NCBI GenBank assembly: GCA_963815455.1
Contig: CAWFGO010000001.1
Location: 1,504,001-1,568,000 of the forward strand
DNA from: an uncultured Verrucomicrobiae bacterium
GTDB lineage: Bacteria; Verrucomicrobiota; Verrucomicrobiia; Chthoniobacterales; UBA10450
Reading direction: 5' to 3'
DNA length: 64,000 nt
Positions 17,901 to 27,395 of the stretch are shown piece after piece; the first letter of the stretch is position 1; the number at the start of each line of letters is the position of its first letter. Both the position numbers and the translations under genes were made by a program. The notes beneath the pieces are model-generated. The model was not told where the DNA came from and made no database searches. It saw nothing but the letters and a program-made list of their open reading frames with translations.

Positions 17901-20458
17901 CGGATGAGATTTTAGACACTCTGCTCATTCCCGTTGCCGGCAACGCCGGCCGGATCGAGTTGCCGATCAAGAAGGAATACGCGCCGAACGCCGCCGTCTC
18001 GATCTATCTGGTGAAGCCGGGCGGGGAAAAAGAATTGCCGCGCGAGCGATTCGCCTACTCGACCATCGAGGTTCGCCGGCCCGATCACGAACTCAAGATT
18101 GAACCAAAGCTGGCCGCCAATTCGGTGAAGCCGGGTGAAAAAGTTCACGGCGAATTGCGTGTCACTTCGGAGAACAAGCCGGTGGACGATGTCGATCTTG
18201 CCGTGTTCGCCGTGGACGACGCGGTGTTGAAACTTGGAAGCTGGCGATTACCGGAGGTCCTGGCCGGCTTTTACGAGCGCAATCCGTTCGGTGTCCGCAG
18301 TTATCAATCGCTCGAGAACTATATCGAAGAGATCAAGCTGCCGAGCCTCACTCAAAAAGGTTTTATTATTGGCGGCGGTGGCGAAGAAGCGGTGGCAAAC
18401 GTCACCAACATCCGCAAAGAATTTAAGACGCTTGCGTTTTGGCAGGGCAGTTTGAAGACCGGGAACGGCGGCAAGGCCGCGTTCGATTTCGTCGCGCCGG
18501 ACAATCTCACTACGTATCGCATTGTCGCGGTCGGACAAACCAGAGCGAATCAATTTGGCGGCGATGCCAGCGCGACGTTGCAGGTTTCCAAACCGTTGCT
18601 CATCAATCCAGCCCTGCCGCGGTTCCTGCGGCACGGCGATGAAGTCGAACTGCGCGCCTCGGTCCAACAAAACTTTGCTGACTCCCAGGAGGTCACTGTG
18701 CAGTGCGTGACCGATGAACATTGCAAGCTCGTCGCCGATGGCAGTGCGACGCACACCGCCGTACGGGATGCGCCTACCGTGTTTCGATTCAGAGCCAAAG
18801 TGGACGATGTCGATCTTGCGCCGGTAAAAGTTCGCTTCGAAGCCGTGGCGAAATCGAACCCCCAAATGTCCGACGGCATCGAGCTGACTCTGCCGGTGCA
18901 GCCGCCGACGATTGTGCGCAAGGAAAGCGTGGCCGGCAGTTTCACCGGACCGAAGTTCGACGCCCGGGCCAAAATGCCTAACGATTGGAAGCGCGGTCAC
19001 GGAAAATTCGACGCGATTGTTTCCAGCTCGCCCTGGTTGCCGAAAATCGCCGGGATTCCGGTTATTCTGGAATATCCGCACGGCTGCTTCGATCAAATTT
19101 CGACCAAGCTTCTCGGCTACAGCCTGGTCGCGAACTTGCTCGCCTATCTGCCCGACGTCGCGGCGCATGACGCCGAATACCGAGCCGTGCTCGAGCGGGG
19201 GATGAAGCAATTTAACGATTCGCTGTTGGACGACGGCATGCTGCCTTACTGGCCGGGCGGGACCGCGTCGAACCCGTTTGTGACCTGTGAGGCTTTTTGG
19301 GCCGTGAACGAATCGGCTACCGCCGGCTTCGAGGCGCCGGAAGGCTTGCGCGACAAACTCGGAGGCGGCCTCAAGAAAATCGTGAATGGGGAAAGATCGA
19401 CATCGGCCTTTGAAAGATGTTTCGCCCTCTTCGTGCTGACGCAATACCAAACCGACGACGATTTCGCAACGGTCGCTCAGGATTTGTATTTGCGGCGCAA
19501 CAGTATGGAAGACGAAGGCCGCGCGCTGCTCGCGATTGCGTTGCAGCGGCTGAACATTATGCCGCGCGAAAAGGACCAGTTGCTCAAGGAAATCGACGCG
19601 CCGATCAAGGAGCGCGCGTTCGATCCGAAAACGTTGGGATCGATGACCCGCGCGGAAGCGATCTGCGCTCTCGCGTTCGATACTATCGCGCCGCGGATTT
19701 ACACCGCACAAAAGAAACAACGGGTGCGCGAGCGCATGCTGACGTTGATGGATTCGTCGGCGTCGCTTTCGACTCAGGAAAATCTTTGGATGCTTCTTGC
19801 GTTCAAGTCGATGGTCGGCGCGGAAAAGCCCGCCTCGCTCGGAAAGCCGGAACCGCCCGGACTGATTTCGAAAAATCAGCTGTCCGAAGCGTGGCTGGAT
19901 CGCCAGATCGACAATCCTCTCTTAATAGATGGCTTGAACAAGGCCGCGCTCACTTTTTTGATGAAAGCAGAGTTTTCCACCGATGAAGTCGAGACGGATC
20001 GCGTCGATCGCGGTTTTCGCGTCGAACGGGTGGTGAAAAACATGACCGATGCCAAGCGCACCGGCGAAATGAACGCGCCGTTCAAGCTCGGCGATCAAAT
20101 CCTGATCACATACCGGATCAACACGCGCAAAAAGCAAAGTTACGTCGCGCTCGAGGATTCACTGCCGGCCGGTTTGGAAGTTGTGAACCCGAACCTCGCC
20201 ATGATCGGGAAATTTTTCGAGCTGCCCGCCGGCGATCAAAGTAATCAAGCGCTTTGGCTTTCCTATTCGGAAATGCGCGACCGATCGACACTGCTCTACT
20301 TCGACGACTTCTCGCCCGGTACCGGGACCTACTCGGTGCTGGCGCGAGCCACTGCGGCCGGTTCATTCCGCTGGCCGGCCACCCAAGTCGTCCCGATGTA
20401 CGACAGCCGGTTCTCCGGGCTTTCACCTTCGAGTTTATGCGTCGTTTCCGGCGATTGA
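14951..20458 (+). CDS. Bacterial alpha-2-macroglobulin family protein
   Basis: 1835 aa; TDRNLYRPGQ (MG2), EEYRVP, AVDDAVL, PDNLTTYRI, PALPRFLR, YPHGCFDQ thioester site, LEDSLPAGLE, MYD; followed by pbpC. Confidence 0.93.
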   Translation: MNRALLTVMWLLVSASVLVSAEREKPDTKPDAGGIVIEPSEGEIAPGSELTITFPNAMVSPDKIDMSGQPSPLTSTPKIEGDFLWKSQTEGVLTVKGVVAGANHRLTLVRDLKDASGKRVEAPGWSAEFTTREFNITTDFTERDHLETQPQISLDSTYDVRLSEAPDHIYFQDRDSRERFPVDVILWSEEGSPELEVKEFRVSPRAPLPPGHTFDLIVNGLVEAKSHKALPYLKVIPAGTTASLEIAWVGAFNSALEEPSIRIKFNDEIDPGEATPGKIDIQPPVKDAKLLASRDEVTVTGTFDLNQHYRVTISTALKGSRGFGLAKESRWGATFHPKPPTILFPASQVFLRARQELRFSFFQINTPAVTWKFARIPLEKLPAVTARVRDFEKDARDPVTGQPVVDPRTGFNKQFQTELLVDAFKLPVIATGTAEAASGDASVKRDIRWAAPKGEALSGAYLVEASAALSDGRIAGNRSIICTSDFILTEKRTPTLVIVRLAKMSDAQPVAGVNVRAVTSENIELGHAVTDKNGMSTFSRAAVFPEKKPGAHLFIADTTSGPALQFAEGASYSSGYWQISRRDQKGHAEIITDRNLYRPGQVVKMKGLMREITGAGLAIPSTPDVRWRVTESYGERVVGEGTAVLSRDGGWESEWIVPEKSKLGRFDIRCKIGNQDYDGTTAISIEEYRVPLFSTIVEATPEVGDTAHAKVSSAYFHGAPNAGARVHWKASWSPATDFGNDANDYKRRYNSFSEVGPSLDPNSELIKTIEGDTQLDQHGFATLSCESPFKNDAAVAKSDVVWRADVTSVDGQTIAGGDTGALFANAVMLGVRATERPGENGGVDVSIDAVDQESAKVTGVAVHADLIHITTKTAKEQIAPFVYRYRNVDEYAKIASQELKTPAESFFPAKETGRYVVAVSATGRKAALVSDETTVTGEMRAELPVENETSFKIEHETKSFVPGEKATLSIQSPFGGVAWVSVETDEILDTLLIPVAGNAGRIELPIKKEYAPNAAVSIYLVKPGGEKELPRERFAYSTIEVRRPDHELKIEPKLAANSVKPGEKVHGELRVTSENKPVDDVDLAVFAVDDAVLKLGSWRLPEVLAGFYERNPFGVRSYQSLENYIEEIKLPSLTQKGFIIGGGGEEAVANVTNIRKEFKTLAFWQGSLKTGNGGKAAFDFVAPDNLTTYRIVAVGQTRANQFGGDASATLQVSKPLLINPALPRFLRHGDEVELRASVQQNFADSQEVTVQCVTDEHCKLVADGSATHTAVRDAPTVFRFRAKVDDVDLAPVKVRFEAVAKSNPQMSDGIELTLPVQPPTIVRKESVAGSFTGPKFDARAKMPNDWKRGHGKFDAIVSSSPWLPKIAGIPVILEYPHGCFDQISTKLLGYSLVANLLAYLPDVAAHDAEYRAVLERGMKQFNDSLLDDGMLPYWPGGTASNPFVTCEAFWAVNESATAGFEAPEGLRDKLGGGLKKIVNGERSTSAFERCFALFVLTQYQTDDDFATVAQDLYLRRNSMEDEGRALLAIALQRLNIMPREKDQLLKEIDAPIKERAFDPKTLGSMTRAEAICALAFDTIAPRIYTAQKKQRVRERMLTLMDSSASLSTQENLWMLLAFKSMVGAEKPASLGKPEPPGLISKNQLSEAWLDRQIDNPLLIDGLNKAALTFLMKAEFSTDEVETDRVDRGFRVERVVKNMTDAKRTGEMNAPFKLGDQILITYRINTRKKQSYVALEDSLPAGLEVVNPNLAMIGKFFELPAGDQSNQALWLSYSEMRDRSTLLYFDDFSPGTGTYSVLARATAAGSFRWPATQVVPMYDSRFSGLSPSSLCVVSGD

Positions 20459-22635
20459 TTCTGGTCTCCGCTCTCGTCGCGGCGGCGGTGCCGATGTCGA
20501 TCCTGTGGGTGCCGTTGCCGCGCGCTTTGGAAAAGTCATTGCCTGGAACGTTAGTGTTACTCGACGATCGCGGACGCGAAATCGCCGTGCGCGCTTCGCC
20601 GGATGCGCGCGTTCAGATTCCGAAGAAGATCGACGAGATGGGCAAATGGTTGCCGCGCGTCACGGTTGCGCTGGAAGATCATCGTTTTTATGAACATGGC
20701 GCGATCGATTGGCGTGCGACCACGGCGGCATCAGTCCGAAATCTAAAAGCGCGACGCATTGTTTCCGGTGGATCGACAATTACTCAACAATTGGCCAAAC
20801 TCGCGTCCGGCCGGTGCGGTCGCAGTTGGTTCGGCAAAATACGCGACGTGATCGTCGCCTGGAAAATCGAGCGACGCTGGGACAAGGAACAGATCCTGGC
20901 CGGGTATTTGAATCGCAGCAGCTACGGCAATCGACGGCTTGGGCCGGAGGCGGCGGCGCGGGCCTATTTTGGAAAACCGGCGCACGATCTCACTTTGGCG
21001 GAATCGGTTTTTCTCGCCGGTTTGCCGCAGGCGCCGACGCGATTCAATCCGTGGACCCATCCCGAAGAAGCGAAGCGCAAGTATAAGCGTTCGCTGGCGC
21101 GCCTGGCCCAATTGGGCGTGATCGCAAACGAGGAAGAAAAGTTGCTGGCAAACTCGCCGCCGATCGCTCGCCGGTTCGATCCTCCGCGTTTTGCGCCGCA
21201 TTTCGTGGATGCATTGATCGCGGAAAACCCGAATCTGCGCGGCACAGTGCGAACAACGCTCGATCTCGATCTGCAAACCTCCGTGCAGCAAATGGTTCGC
21301 TCGCATATCGACGGACTCAACCGTTACGATATTACCCAGGCCGCGATGGTGATTCTCGATAACGAAACCGGCGCGGTGCGGGCGATGGTCGGCTCGAGCG
21401 ATTACGCGACGAATCAGGTCAATGGAGCGATGCGTCCCCGCAGCTCCGGCTCGACATTAAAACCGTTCGTTTACTTGGCCGCGCTGGATCGACATCTTTT
21501 CACCGCCGCGAGTTTGTTGCCCGACACTGCCGAGGCGATTCGCGACGAGTACGCCGATTACGATCCGCAAAACTACAATCGCCGTTACCTCGGACCGGTC
21601 CGGTTGCGCGAAGCGCTCGGCTGTTCGCTGAATGTGCCGGCCGTTTTTGCGCTCAGCCAGCTCGGCGCGCGTCAGACGTTTTTTGATCTGCAAAAGTGGG
21701 GCTTCCAGTTTCGCCGCAACTTGGGCGATTACGGCGCCGGATTCGTTTTGGGAAATGCCGAGATTCGTCTGATCGATCTTGCGGCGGCCTATTCGGGTCT
21801 GGCCCGGAGCGGCGTTGCCATGCCCGCGAAATTCCTCGCGACGGAACATCATCCGCTCAATCGTCTCGCTTCGCCCGAAGCGACGGCGATCATCACCGAT
21901 ATTCTGTGCGACAATCGCGCCCGGGAGAAAACGTTTGGGGCGCATTCGCCGCTGGCGTTCGATAAACGGATCGCGGCCAAGACCGGCACCAGTAGCGGCT
22001 TTCGAGACGCTTGGACCGTTGGATTTAACAAGGAACACACGGTTGCCGTATGGGCCGGCAATTTTCACGGCGGCCCGATGCGCGACACGTTGTCGGTGCG
22101 CGCGGCCACGCCATTATGGGCGGCCATGATGCGCGAACTATTGCGGCGGGATCAGCCGGTCGATCCACCGATGGAAAACGAAAATCTCATTCGCCGCGAA
22201 ATCTGCGCCGAGACCGGATTACGTCCGTCGCGTTTTACAAAATCGACAGTTCAGGAGTGGTTTCTCAAAGGCACGGAACCGTCGGAGGACTCGACGGCGT
22301 GGTATTCAGCGGACGGGAAAATGCTTTTGCCGGACGAGTACGCCGAATGGTGTGCCAGTAGTAACAACACGCGCGGCGCGCGGGTTCGATCGCAGGCTCG
22401 GATTACCAATCCGGCGGCAAACGCACATTACGCAATCGATTCGGCGCTGCCTTCCTCTCAACAAATGATTGAGCTGACGTCCACGCTCGGTAACGACGTC
22501 CAATGGTTCGTGAACGACGCGCGTCAAGCCCCGCGAAACGACGGCCGTGTTTTCTGGCAACTCGCGCCGGGTGATTGGAAAGTGCGCGCAATCAGCCATG
22601 CCGGCAGCAGCGAGGAAACGATATCCGTCGAGTAG
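20437..22635 (+). CDS. pbpC: Penicillin-binding protein 1C (transglycosylase/transpeptidase)
   Basis: EDHRF, GGSTITQQLAK, GSTLKP (SxxK), SLN, KTGTS; canonical position after A2M; start MRRFRR. Confidence 0.92.
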   Translation: MRRFRRLILVSALVAAAVPMSILWVPLPRALEKSLPGTLVLLDDRGREIAVRASPDARVQIPKKIDEMGKWLPRVTVALEDHRFYEHGAIDWRATTAASVRNLKARRIVSGGSTITQQLAKLASGRCGRSWFGKIRDVIVAWKIERRWDKEQILAGYLNRSSYGNRRLGPEAAARAYFGKPAHDLTLAESVFLAGLPQAPTRFNPWTHPEEAKRKYKRSLARLAQLGVIANEEEKLLANSPPIARRFDPPRFAPHFVDALIAENPNLRGTVRTTLDLDLQTSVQQMVRSHIDGLNRYDITQAAMVILDNETGAVRAMVGSSDYATNQVNGAMRPRSSGSTLKPFVYLAALDRHLFTAASLLPDTAEAIRDEYADYDPQNYNRRYLGPVRLREALGCSLNVPAVFALSQLGARQTFFDLQKWGFQFRRNLGDYGAGFVLGNAEIRLIDLAAAYSGLARSGVAMPAKFLATEHHPLNRLASPEATAIITDILCDNRAREKTFGAHSPLAFDKRIAAKTGTSSGFRDAWTVGFNKEHTVAVWAGNFHGGPMRDTLSVRAATPLWAAMMRELLRRDQPVDPPMENENLIRREICAETGLRPSRFTKSTVQEWFLKGTEPSEDSTAWYSADGKMLLPDEYAEWCASSNNTRGARVRSQARITNPAANAHYAIDSALPSSQQMIELTSTLGNDVQWFVNDARQAPRNDGRVFWQLAPGDWKVRAISHAGSSEETISVE

Positions 22636-22657
22636 TTTCCCGCGCGGAGGATCGAGA

Positions 22658-23233
22658 GTGGAACGAGACCAGGGCCAGCCTTTCACTCATGCCGAACTTC
22701 CCGCTGAAGTGGGGCGCAGCGTTCGCGTCGCCGGCGAGCCCATCGACTACCGAATCGAGCCAAACAAATACGCCGATCGCATCGATCATCTTTTTATCAC
22801 GCTACGCGCCGGAACTGCCGGCATGATTGAGATCGCGCTCAATACCTATTCGATCCGCAATCTGCGGCGCGGCTTGGATCCGCGCGTCCGAGTGGCGGTC
22901 CTCTCATCGACTTGGAGCGCATTACCAGCGCCCGGGATTTTTCCGAGTACTGGTCTTAGCTACGGGAAAATCGGATCTGAAAAGGGCGTCATCTATCGCG
23001 AATACGAGCGTTCTGCACTGGAAGAATTGCTCATCGCGAAAATAAGAGCGGCCATCTTCGTGGAAGGCTGGGGCGATCTCTATGTGCGTTCGCGACCGGG
23101 GATCCATCAAGTTCACAGCCGCAGCAAGAACACGGCTGTTTCAAACGAACCCGACCACGATGGGGCGGTGCGATTTTATTTTCAGGAGAAGTCCGCCAGC
23201 GAGCTTTTGCTGCTTAAATACTTTGGACAATAG
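22658..23233 (+). CDS. Hypothetical protein, weak resemblance to DUF2278/YukJ
   Basis: GGAGG RBS plus GTG start; C-terminal GIHQVH...DGAVRFYF...LLLKYFGQ pattern. Confidence 0.55.
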   Translation: MERDQGQPFTHAELPAEVGRSVRVAGEPIDYRIEPNKYADRIDHLFITLRAGTAGMIEIALNTYSIRNLRRGLDPRVRVAVLSSTWSALPAPGIFPSTGLSYGKIGSEKGVIYREYERSALEELLIAKIRAAIFVEGWGDLYVRSRPGIHQVHSRSKNTAVSNEPDHDGAVRFYFQEKSASELLLLKYFGQ

Positions 23234-23241
23234 GCGTTTTC

Positions 23242-23736
23242 TTATCCGCGACCGCGAGCCGGTGTGAAACTGAACACGAGGATTTCGGCGTGGCGTGGTT
23301 GCCAATGATGAAAATCAACCCAGAATCGGCCGAGCCTCTTTCTTCGGACATCGCTGGTCGAATTAATCAGATCGAAAAGCTTTTCGGTTTCAGCGCGAGC
23401 GAAAAATGGAGCGTCGAGAAATTCGGTGACCCAATTCATCTCGTGAGCGTCCGTAAGATAAAACGTGACTTGAACATCTTCATCGGAGTTTTCCACGATG
23501 ATGAGGCAGTAATCGTAAACCTCGGTGTTCTTCCACTCTCCCTCGAAAAAGATGGTGCAGCGTTTCTGCACGTCGGTGGCGTGAAAGCGGGCTTTCTTGA
23601 AATGTGAAATCACATTTGCATAGGTTAGCGGCTGCACCGCCGCCGGTTTCGGTTTTGATCTCGACGCCGGCGCTGCAAGTCCGCCGATTGACAGCATGAT
23701 TGCCGCGAATGTGATGGCTAGATATCTTGTCTTCAT
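23242..23736 (-). CDS. Hypothetical exported protein
   Basis: Signal peptide MKTRYLAITFAAIMLSIGGLAA; ATGA overlap with the upstream USP gene. Confidence 0.7.
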   Translation of the reverse strand: MKTRYLAITFAAIMLSIGGLAAPASRSKPKPAAVQPLTYANVISHFKKARFHATDVQKRCTIFFEGEWKNTEVYDYCLIIVENSDEDVQVTFYLTDAHEMNWVTEFLDAPFFARAETEKLFDLINSTSDVRRKRLGRFWVDFHHWQPRHAEILVFSFTPARGRG

Positions 23737-24752
23737 GTCTTGGTTGAAGTGATCGATGGACGCTGATAGCTGGGGACGACGAGCACAGGACAGTTCGCGT
23801 GCCGGACGACAAACTCAGCGGTGCTACCTAGGAACACATGCTTTAAACCGGTGTTTCCATGCGTCGCCGTGACGATGAGACTGGCATGCCGATCTTTCGA
23901 TTCGTCGCAAATCTCCTGCCCGGCATGGCCGATCGAGAGAGATGATTCTACTTTGATCCCTTCCCAATCGATTTTCTCGGCCAGCTCCCGCAATTGCCGG
24001 CGCGCAGCTTTCTCCGTTTGTTCCATGAGCAAAGGAAAGTCATATCGGGCGTATTCATCGTTTGAGACGTAGTAATGGGGGTAGACGCAGTGAAGCAGAA
24101 CCAGTGTCGATCCGAATTCCCGGGCTAGTGCTTTGGCGTAAGCGAGTCCGTTTATCGAGCAAGCTGAAAAGTCGATCGGTACAACAATCTTGCGGAAGGA
24201 TAAGACGGCGCTTGCCGAATTCCCGTTGCCGCCGGTCTCAGTGGGCCTAACGATGAGTACCGGACAAGGCGCATGTTGCACGACGCGTTCGGCCGTGCTG
24301 CCGAGAACGAGGTGCTTTAGGCCGGTATTTCCGCGAGTGGGGACGACGATGAGATCGATGCCAATTTTGTGCGCGAGCCGGCAGATTTCCTCAAAGGGGC
24401 GGCCTTTGATCGCATAAATGTTTTCCGGTCGCATGGACACGCTATGGTTGCGCGCCAAGTCGCGCAGGTGCCGGTGGACGCGCGGTCCCACTTCAGAATC
24501 GGGAATGAAAAGCGGGTTCCCGGCCAATCCGACAAGCGGATATTGTGGTTCGAATATGTGGACAAGATTTAACCCGGCGCCGAAACGTTTGCTGAGCGAA
24601 TGCGCGTAATCAATCGCTTTGCCTGACGACTCCGAAAAATCTATCGGCACCAGGATTTTGCTGATGCCGACTTTCTTGCGCGAGATCTTGTCGATCTTAA
24701 CGCGTGGCGAGACAGTGCGACCCAGTGGTTTGGTGAGGACCTCTGTTTTCAT
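23733..24752 (-). CDS. Universal stress protein, two USP domains
   Basis: ILVPIDFS and GNTGLKH.(VF)LGSTAE motifs, each twice. Confidence 0.95.
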   Translation of the reverse strand: MKTEVLTKPLGRTVSPRVKIDKISRKKVGISKILVPIDFSESSGKAIDYAHSLSKRFGAGLNLVHIFEPQYPLVGLAGNPLFIPDSEVGPRVHRHLRDLARNHSVSMRPENIYAIKGRPFEEICRLAHKIGIDLIVVPTRGNTGLKHLVLGSTAERVVQHAPCPVLIVRPTETGGNGNSASAVLSFRKIVVPIDFSACSINGLAYAKALAREFGSTLVLLHCVYPHYYVSNDEYARYDFPLLMEQTEKAARRQLRELAEKIDWEGIKVESSLSIGHAGQEICDESKDRHASLIVTATHGNTGLKHVFLGSTAEFVVRHANCPVLVVPSYQRPSITSTKT

Positions 24753-24795
24753 GCATTCAATCTGGCAAAGCCGCGATCATTTGGCTTTTCGTTGC

Positions 24796-24819
24796 TTGCT
24801 AAACACCGGCTATTTCTTG
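24796..24819 (-). promoter_or_regulatory. Candidate regulon motif (CAA-N18-CAA on the coding strand)
   Basis: TTGCTAAACACCGGCTATTTCTTG on +, 44 nt from the USP start. Confidence 0.55.
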
Positions 24820-25820
24820 TCGCTCGCGGCGCGATCGGCTATTTCGTTGCCCGAACGCCGGCCTTCTTCGAAATCGGTGATGTTCTTGATTGTGGTCACG
24901 GCGATATTTTCAAGGGCATCGCGCGTAAAGAAGGCTTGATGGCCGGTGATGATCACATTCGGAAATGTCAGCAGCCGGCTGAATACATCGTCGCTGATGA
25001 TCAAACCGGAGCGATCTTCGAAAAAGATTTCTTCCTCCTCCTCGTAAACATCGAGCCCCAGATAACCAATCCTGCCGCTTTTTAGCTCTTCAATCACCGC
25101 GGCCGTATCGATCAATGCGCCGCGACTGGTATTGATGAGCATGACGCCGGTCTTCATTTTCTGAATCGCCCGGGCGTCGATCATGTGGCGGTTGTCCGGG
25201 GTGAGCGGGCAATGCAACGTGATAATGTCCGACTGGGCGAGCAATTCATCCGCCGTCACGTAACGCACACCAGAGGATCGACATCCTTCATTTGGAACCG
25301 GATCGAACGCCAAGACGTCACAACCAAGTCCGATGAGAATATGCGCAGCTACCGATCCGATTTTCCCGGTCCCGATAACGCCGGCCGTCTTCCCGTGAAC
25401 ATCGAATCCGAGCAGACCGTCGAGGGCAAAGTTCCCCTCGCGAACGCGATTGTAGGCACGATGCAACTTCCGATTTAGCGCAAGCATCAAGCCGATCGTG
25501 TGTTCGGCCACGGCGTAAGGTGAATAGCCTGGAACGCGAAGCACGGTAATGCCGAGTTTCTTCGCGGCGGCCAGGTCGACATTGTTGTAGCCGGCACAGC
25601 GGAGTGCGATCAGGCCAACCCCTAACGAAGCAAGCCTGTTAACAACGATTGCATCGACATGATCGTTTACAAAAACACAGACTGCCTTAAATCCGGTCGC
25701 GAGCGATGCCGTTTGGATACTCAACTGCGGCTCGAAGAAGTGAAGTTCGTGGGATGAAGCATTTGCCTCTCCCAGGAATTCGCGATCGTACTTCCTTGCG
25801 CTAAAGACGGCAATTTTCAC
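24810..25820 (-). CDS. ldhA: D-lactate dehydrogenase-like 2-hydroxyacid dehydrogenase
   Basis: MKIAVFS, VCVFVND, LRCAGYNNVD, YSPYAVAEH, GTGKIG, NTSRG, LDVYEEE, TGHQAFFT. Confidence 0.9.
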   Translation of the reverse strand: MKIAVFSARKYDREFLGEANASSHELHFFEPQLSIQTASLATGFKAVCVFVNDHVDAIVVNRLASLGVGLIALRCAGYNNVDLAAAKKLGITVLRVPGYSPYAVAEHTIGLMLALNRKLHRAYNRVREGNFALDGLLGFDVHGKTAGVIGTGKIGSVAAHILIGLGCDVLAFDPVPNEGCRSSGVRYVTADELLAQSDIITLHCPLTPDNRHMIDARAIQKMKTGVMLINTSRGALIDTAAVIEELKSGRIGYLGLDVYEEEEEIFFEDRSGLIISDDVFSRLLTFPNVIITGHQAFFTRDALENIAVTTIKNITDFEEGRRSGNEIADRAASDKK

Positions 25821-25875
25821 AGGTTCTTCGTGACGTTCCCGGCGAATTTACGGCGGATGATTCGGCGCAGCTTCT

Positions 25876-26238
25876 TCAATCGCTGTTCAACCAGTTTCGC
25901 GCTTCATCGATATTGTTCTTCTCAAAATAGCGAACCTTCGCCCGGGTGAACGGCCGGCAAAATACCGCCATCCATTCCTGCCACTTCTTGTCGCCAACCA
26001 TGGCGATGCGCTCGATATCCGAGAAGTGTTTGATCCCCAGCTTCAGATCGTCCCAGGCTGCTTGCAATTCCCAACCGTGGAACTCCACCATGTCGAACAG
26101 CAGACGGATCTTGCCGTGCCGCTTTACCAGCCGATCAAGGTCGGGAACAAAACGCTCATAATCCTGGTGCACAAGTTTTCCGGTGACCCGAATGTCCAGC
26201 ACCTTGCCTCCGTTTTTTTCTTCCAGTTCTATCGGCAT
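25876..26238 (-). CDS. STAS/SEC14 (SpoIIAA-like) domain protein
   Basis: GKL..DY, GKIRLL, FHGWE..AAWDD, RIAMVGD..W, EARNWL; GGAGG RBS before MPIELEE. Confidence 0.88.
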   Translation of the reverse strand: MPIELEEKNGGKVLDIRVTGKLVHQDYERFVPDLDRLVKRHGKIRLLFDMVEFHGWELQAAWDDLKLGIKHFSDIERIAMVGDKKWQEWMAVFCRPFTRAKVRYFEKNNIDEARNWLNSD

Positions 26239-26251
26239 ATTTTCCTCCCTT

Positions 26252-27265
26252 TCATTTGCTAGGTCTCGATTTGCATGGAACGACAATAAGAGGGCATGTG
26301 GCGTAACGAACAACGTGTTCGGCCACACTGCCAATGAGAGCGTGCGCGAGTCCGCTCTGGCCATGCGTCGAAAGAACAACCAAATCGACATCGGCAGCGC
26401 TCGCCACGGCGCAAATTCCGTCAACATCAGAACCGACGCGAATATCTGCTTCCCATGAGATCTCCCGCAAAATTGCCGAGCGCGTCATCCGTTCCATTTG
26501 TTGCCGGGCGACAGTTCGTGCCGCCTGCATCAGAGAGTTGGTTTCACCGGGAATTCGCTCTCCCCCAATCTTCTTGGCGTAGGGATTGATGGCGTGGAAA
26601 AGACGAAGTGCGGCGCGAAACCGAGCAGCCAGCAGCACGGCATATTTCAGCCCGACCAGAGAACACTTCGAAAAATCGACCGGCACGAGGATTTTCTTGA
26701 TCGAAATCATCTCATGCTCGCCCGGTGCGCGACCGTTCCCCCGCAGGAACTCGCGCTCCCGCTTCCGCACGATCAAAACGGGACACCGGGAATGTTGGAC
26801 CACCCGCTCAGCAACGCTTCCGTGAATCAAATGTTTGATCCCGGTATAGGCGCGCGTTGCCAGCACGATCAAATCCGCTTTTCCTTCCGGAGCGGTGGCG
26901 ACAATCGTTTTGAAGGGCTTGCCCTGTCGCACAACGCAGGTCTCCGCCGAGATCGGTATCTGAAATTTTGCGGCCTGACTTCGGAGAAGTTTTTCCGCCA
27001 TCTTGACCACTGTTTCCGGCTGAGTGACCAGCGGCAGGCGGATGATCGCCGGCGAAGGTTCACCTTCCGGATCGACCACGTGCAGAAGGCGCACTTCGGC
27101 GCCGAATTCCGCGGCCAGGCTCAATGCGTACCGCAACGCCTTAACTGATTCACGGGAGAAATCGGTCGGGACGAGAAGACGGCGCAATTGCAGCTTTTTA
27201 GTAATTGCTCTTTTGTGCGAACGCGCCCGAGAAGTTGCGAGGCGACGATTACCGGCTGGTTTCAT
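26252..27265 (-). CDS. Universal stress protein, two USP domains
   Basis: LLVPTDFS, ILVPVDFS, GSVAE motifs. Confidence 0.94.
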   Translation of the reverse strand: MKPAGNRRLATSRARSHKRAITKKLQLRRLLVPTDFSRESVKALRYALSLAAEFGAEVRLLHVVDPEGEPSPAIIRLPLVTQPETVVKMAEKLLRSQAAKFQIPISAETCVVRQGKPFKTIVATAPEGKADLIVLATRAYTGIKHLIHGSVAERVVQHSRCPVLIVRKREREFLRGNGRAPGEHEMISIKKILVPVDFSKCSLVGLKYAVLLAARFRAALRLFHAINPYAKKIGGERIPGETNSLMQAARTVARQQMERMTRSAILREISWEADIRVGSDVDGICAVASAADVDLVVLSTHGQSGLAHALIGSVAEHVVRYATCPLIVVPCKSRPSK

Positions 27266-27309
27266 TCTATTCTAATATGATCGTTGGCAGCTTAACAGCT
27301 CTTCATCGT

Positions 27310-27333
27310 TTGGGAACAGCCGGTCTTATTTTG
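27310..27333 (-). promoter_or_regulatory. Candidate regulon motif
   Basis: TTGGGAACAGCCGGTCTTATTTTG on +, 45 nt from the USP start. Confidence 0.5.
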
Positions 27334-27395
27334 ACCCAAGACCCTCCGCGCTTCGGTTTCTGGTTAGGCGGAGAGCCCAATTATCCTGGTTCTGA

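Noticed and set aside
18248..19720. 490-aa minus-strand ORF
   Set aside because: Antisense shadow wholly inside the alpha-2-macroglobulin gene, with no recognisable motifs
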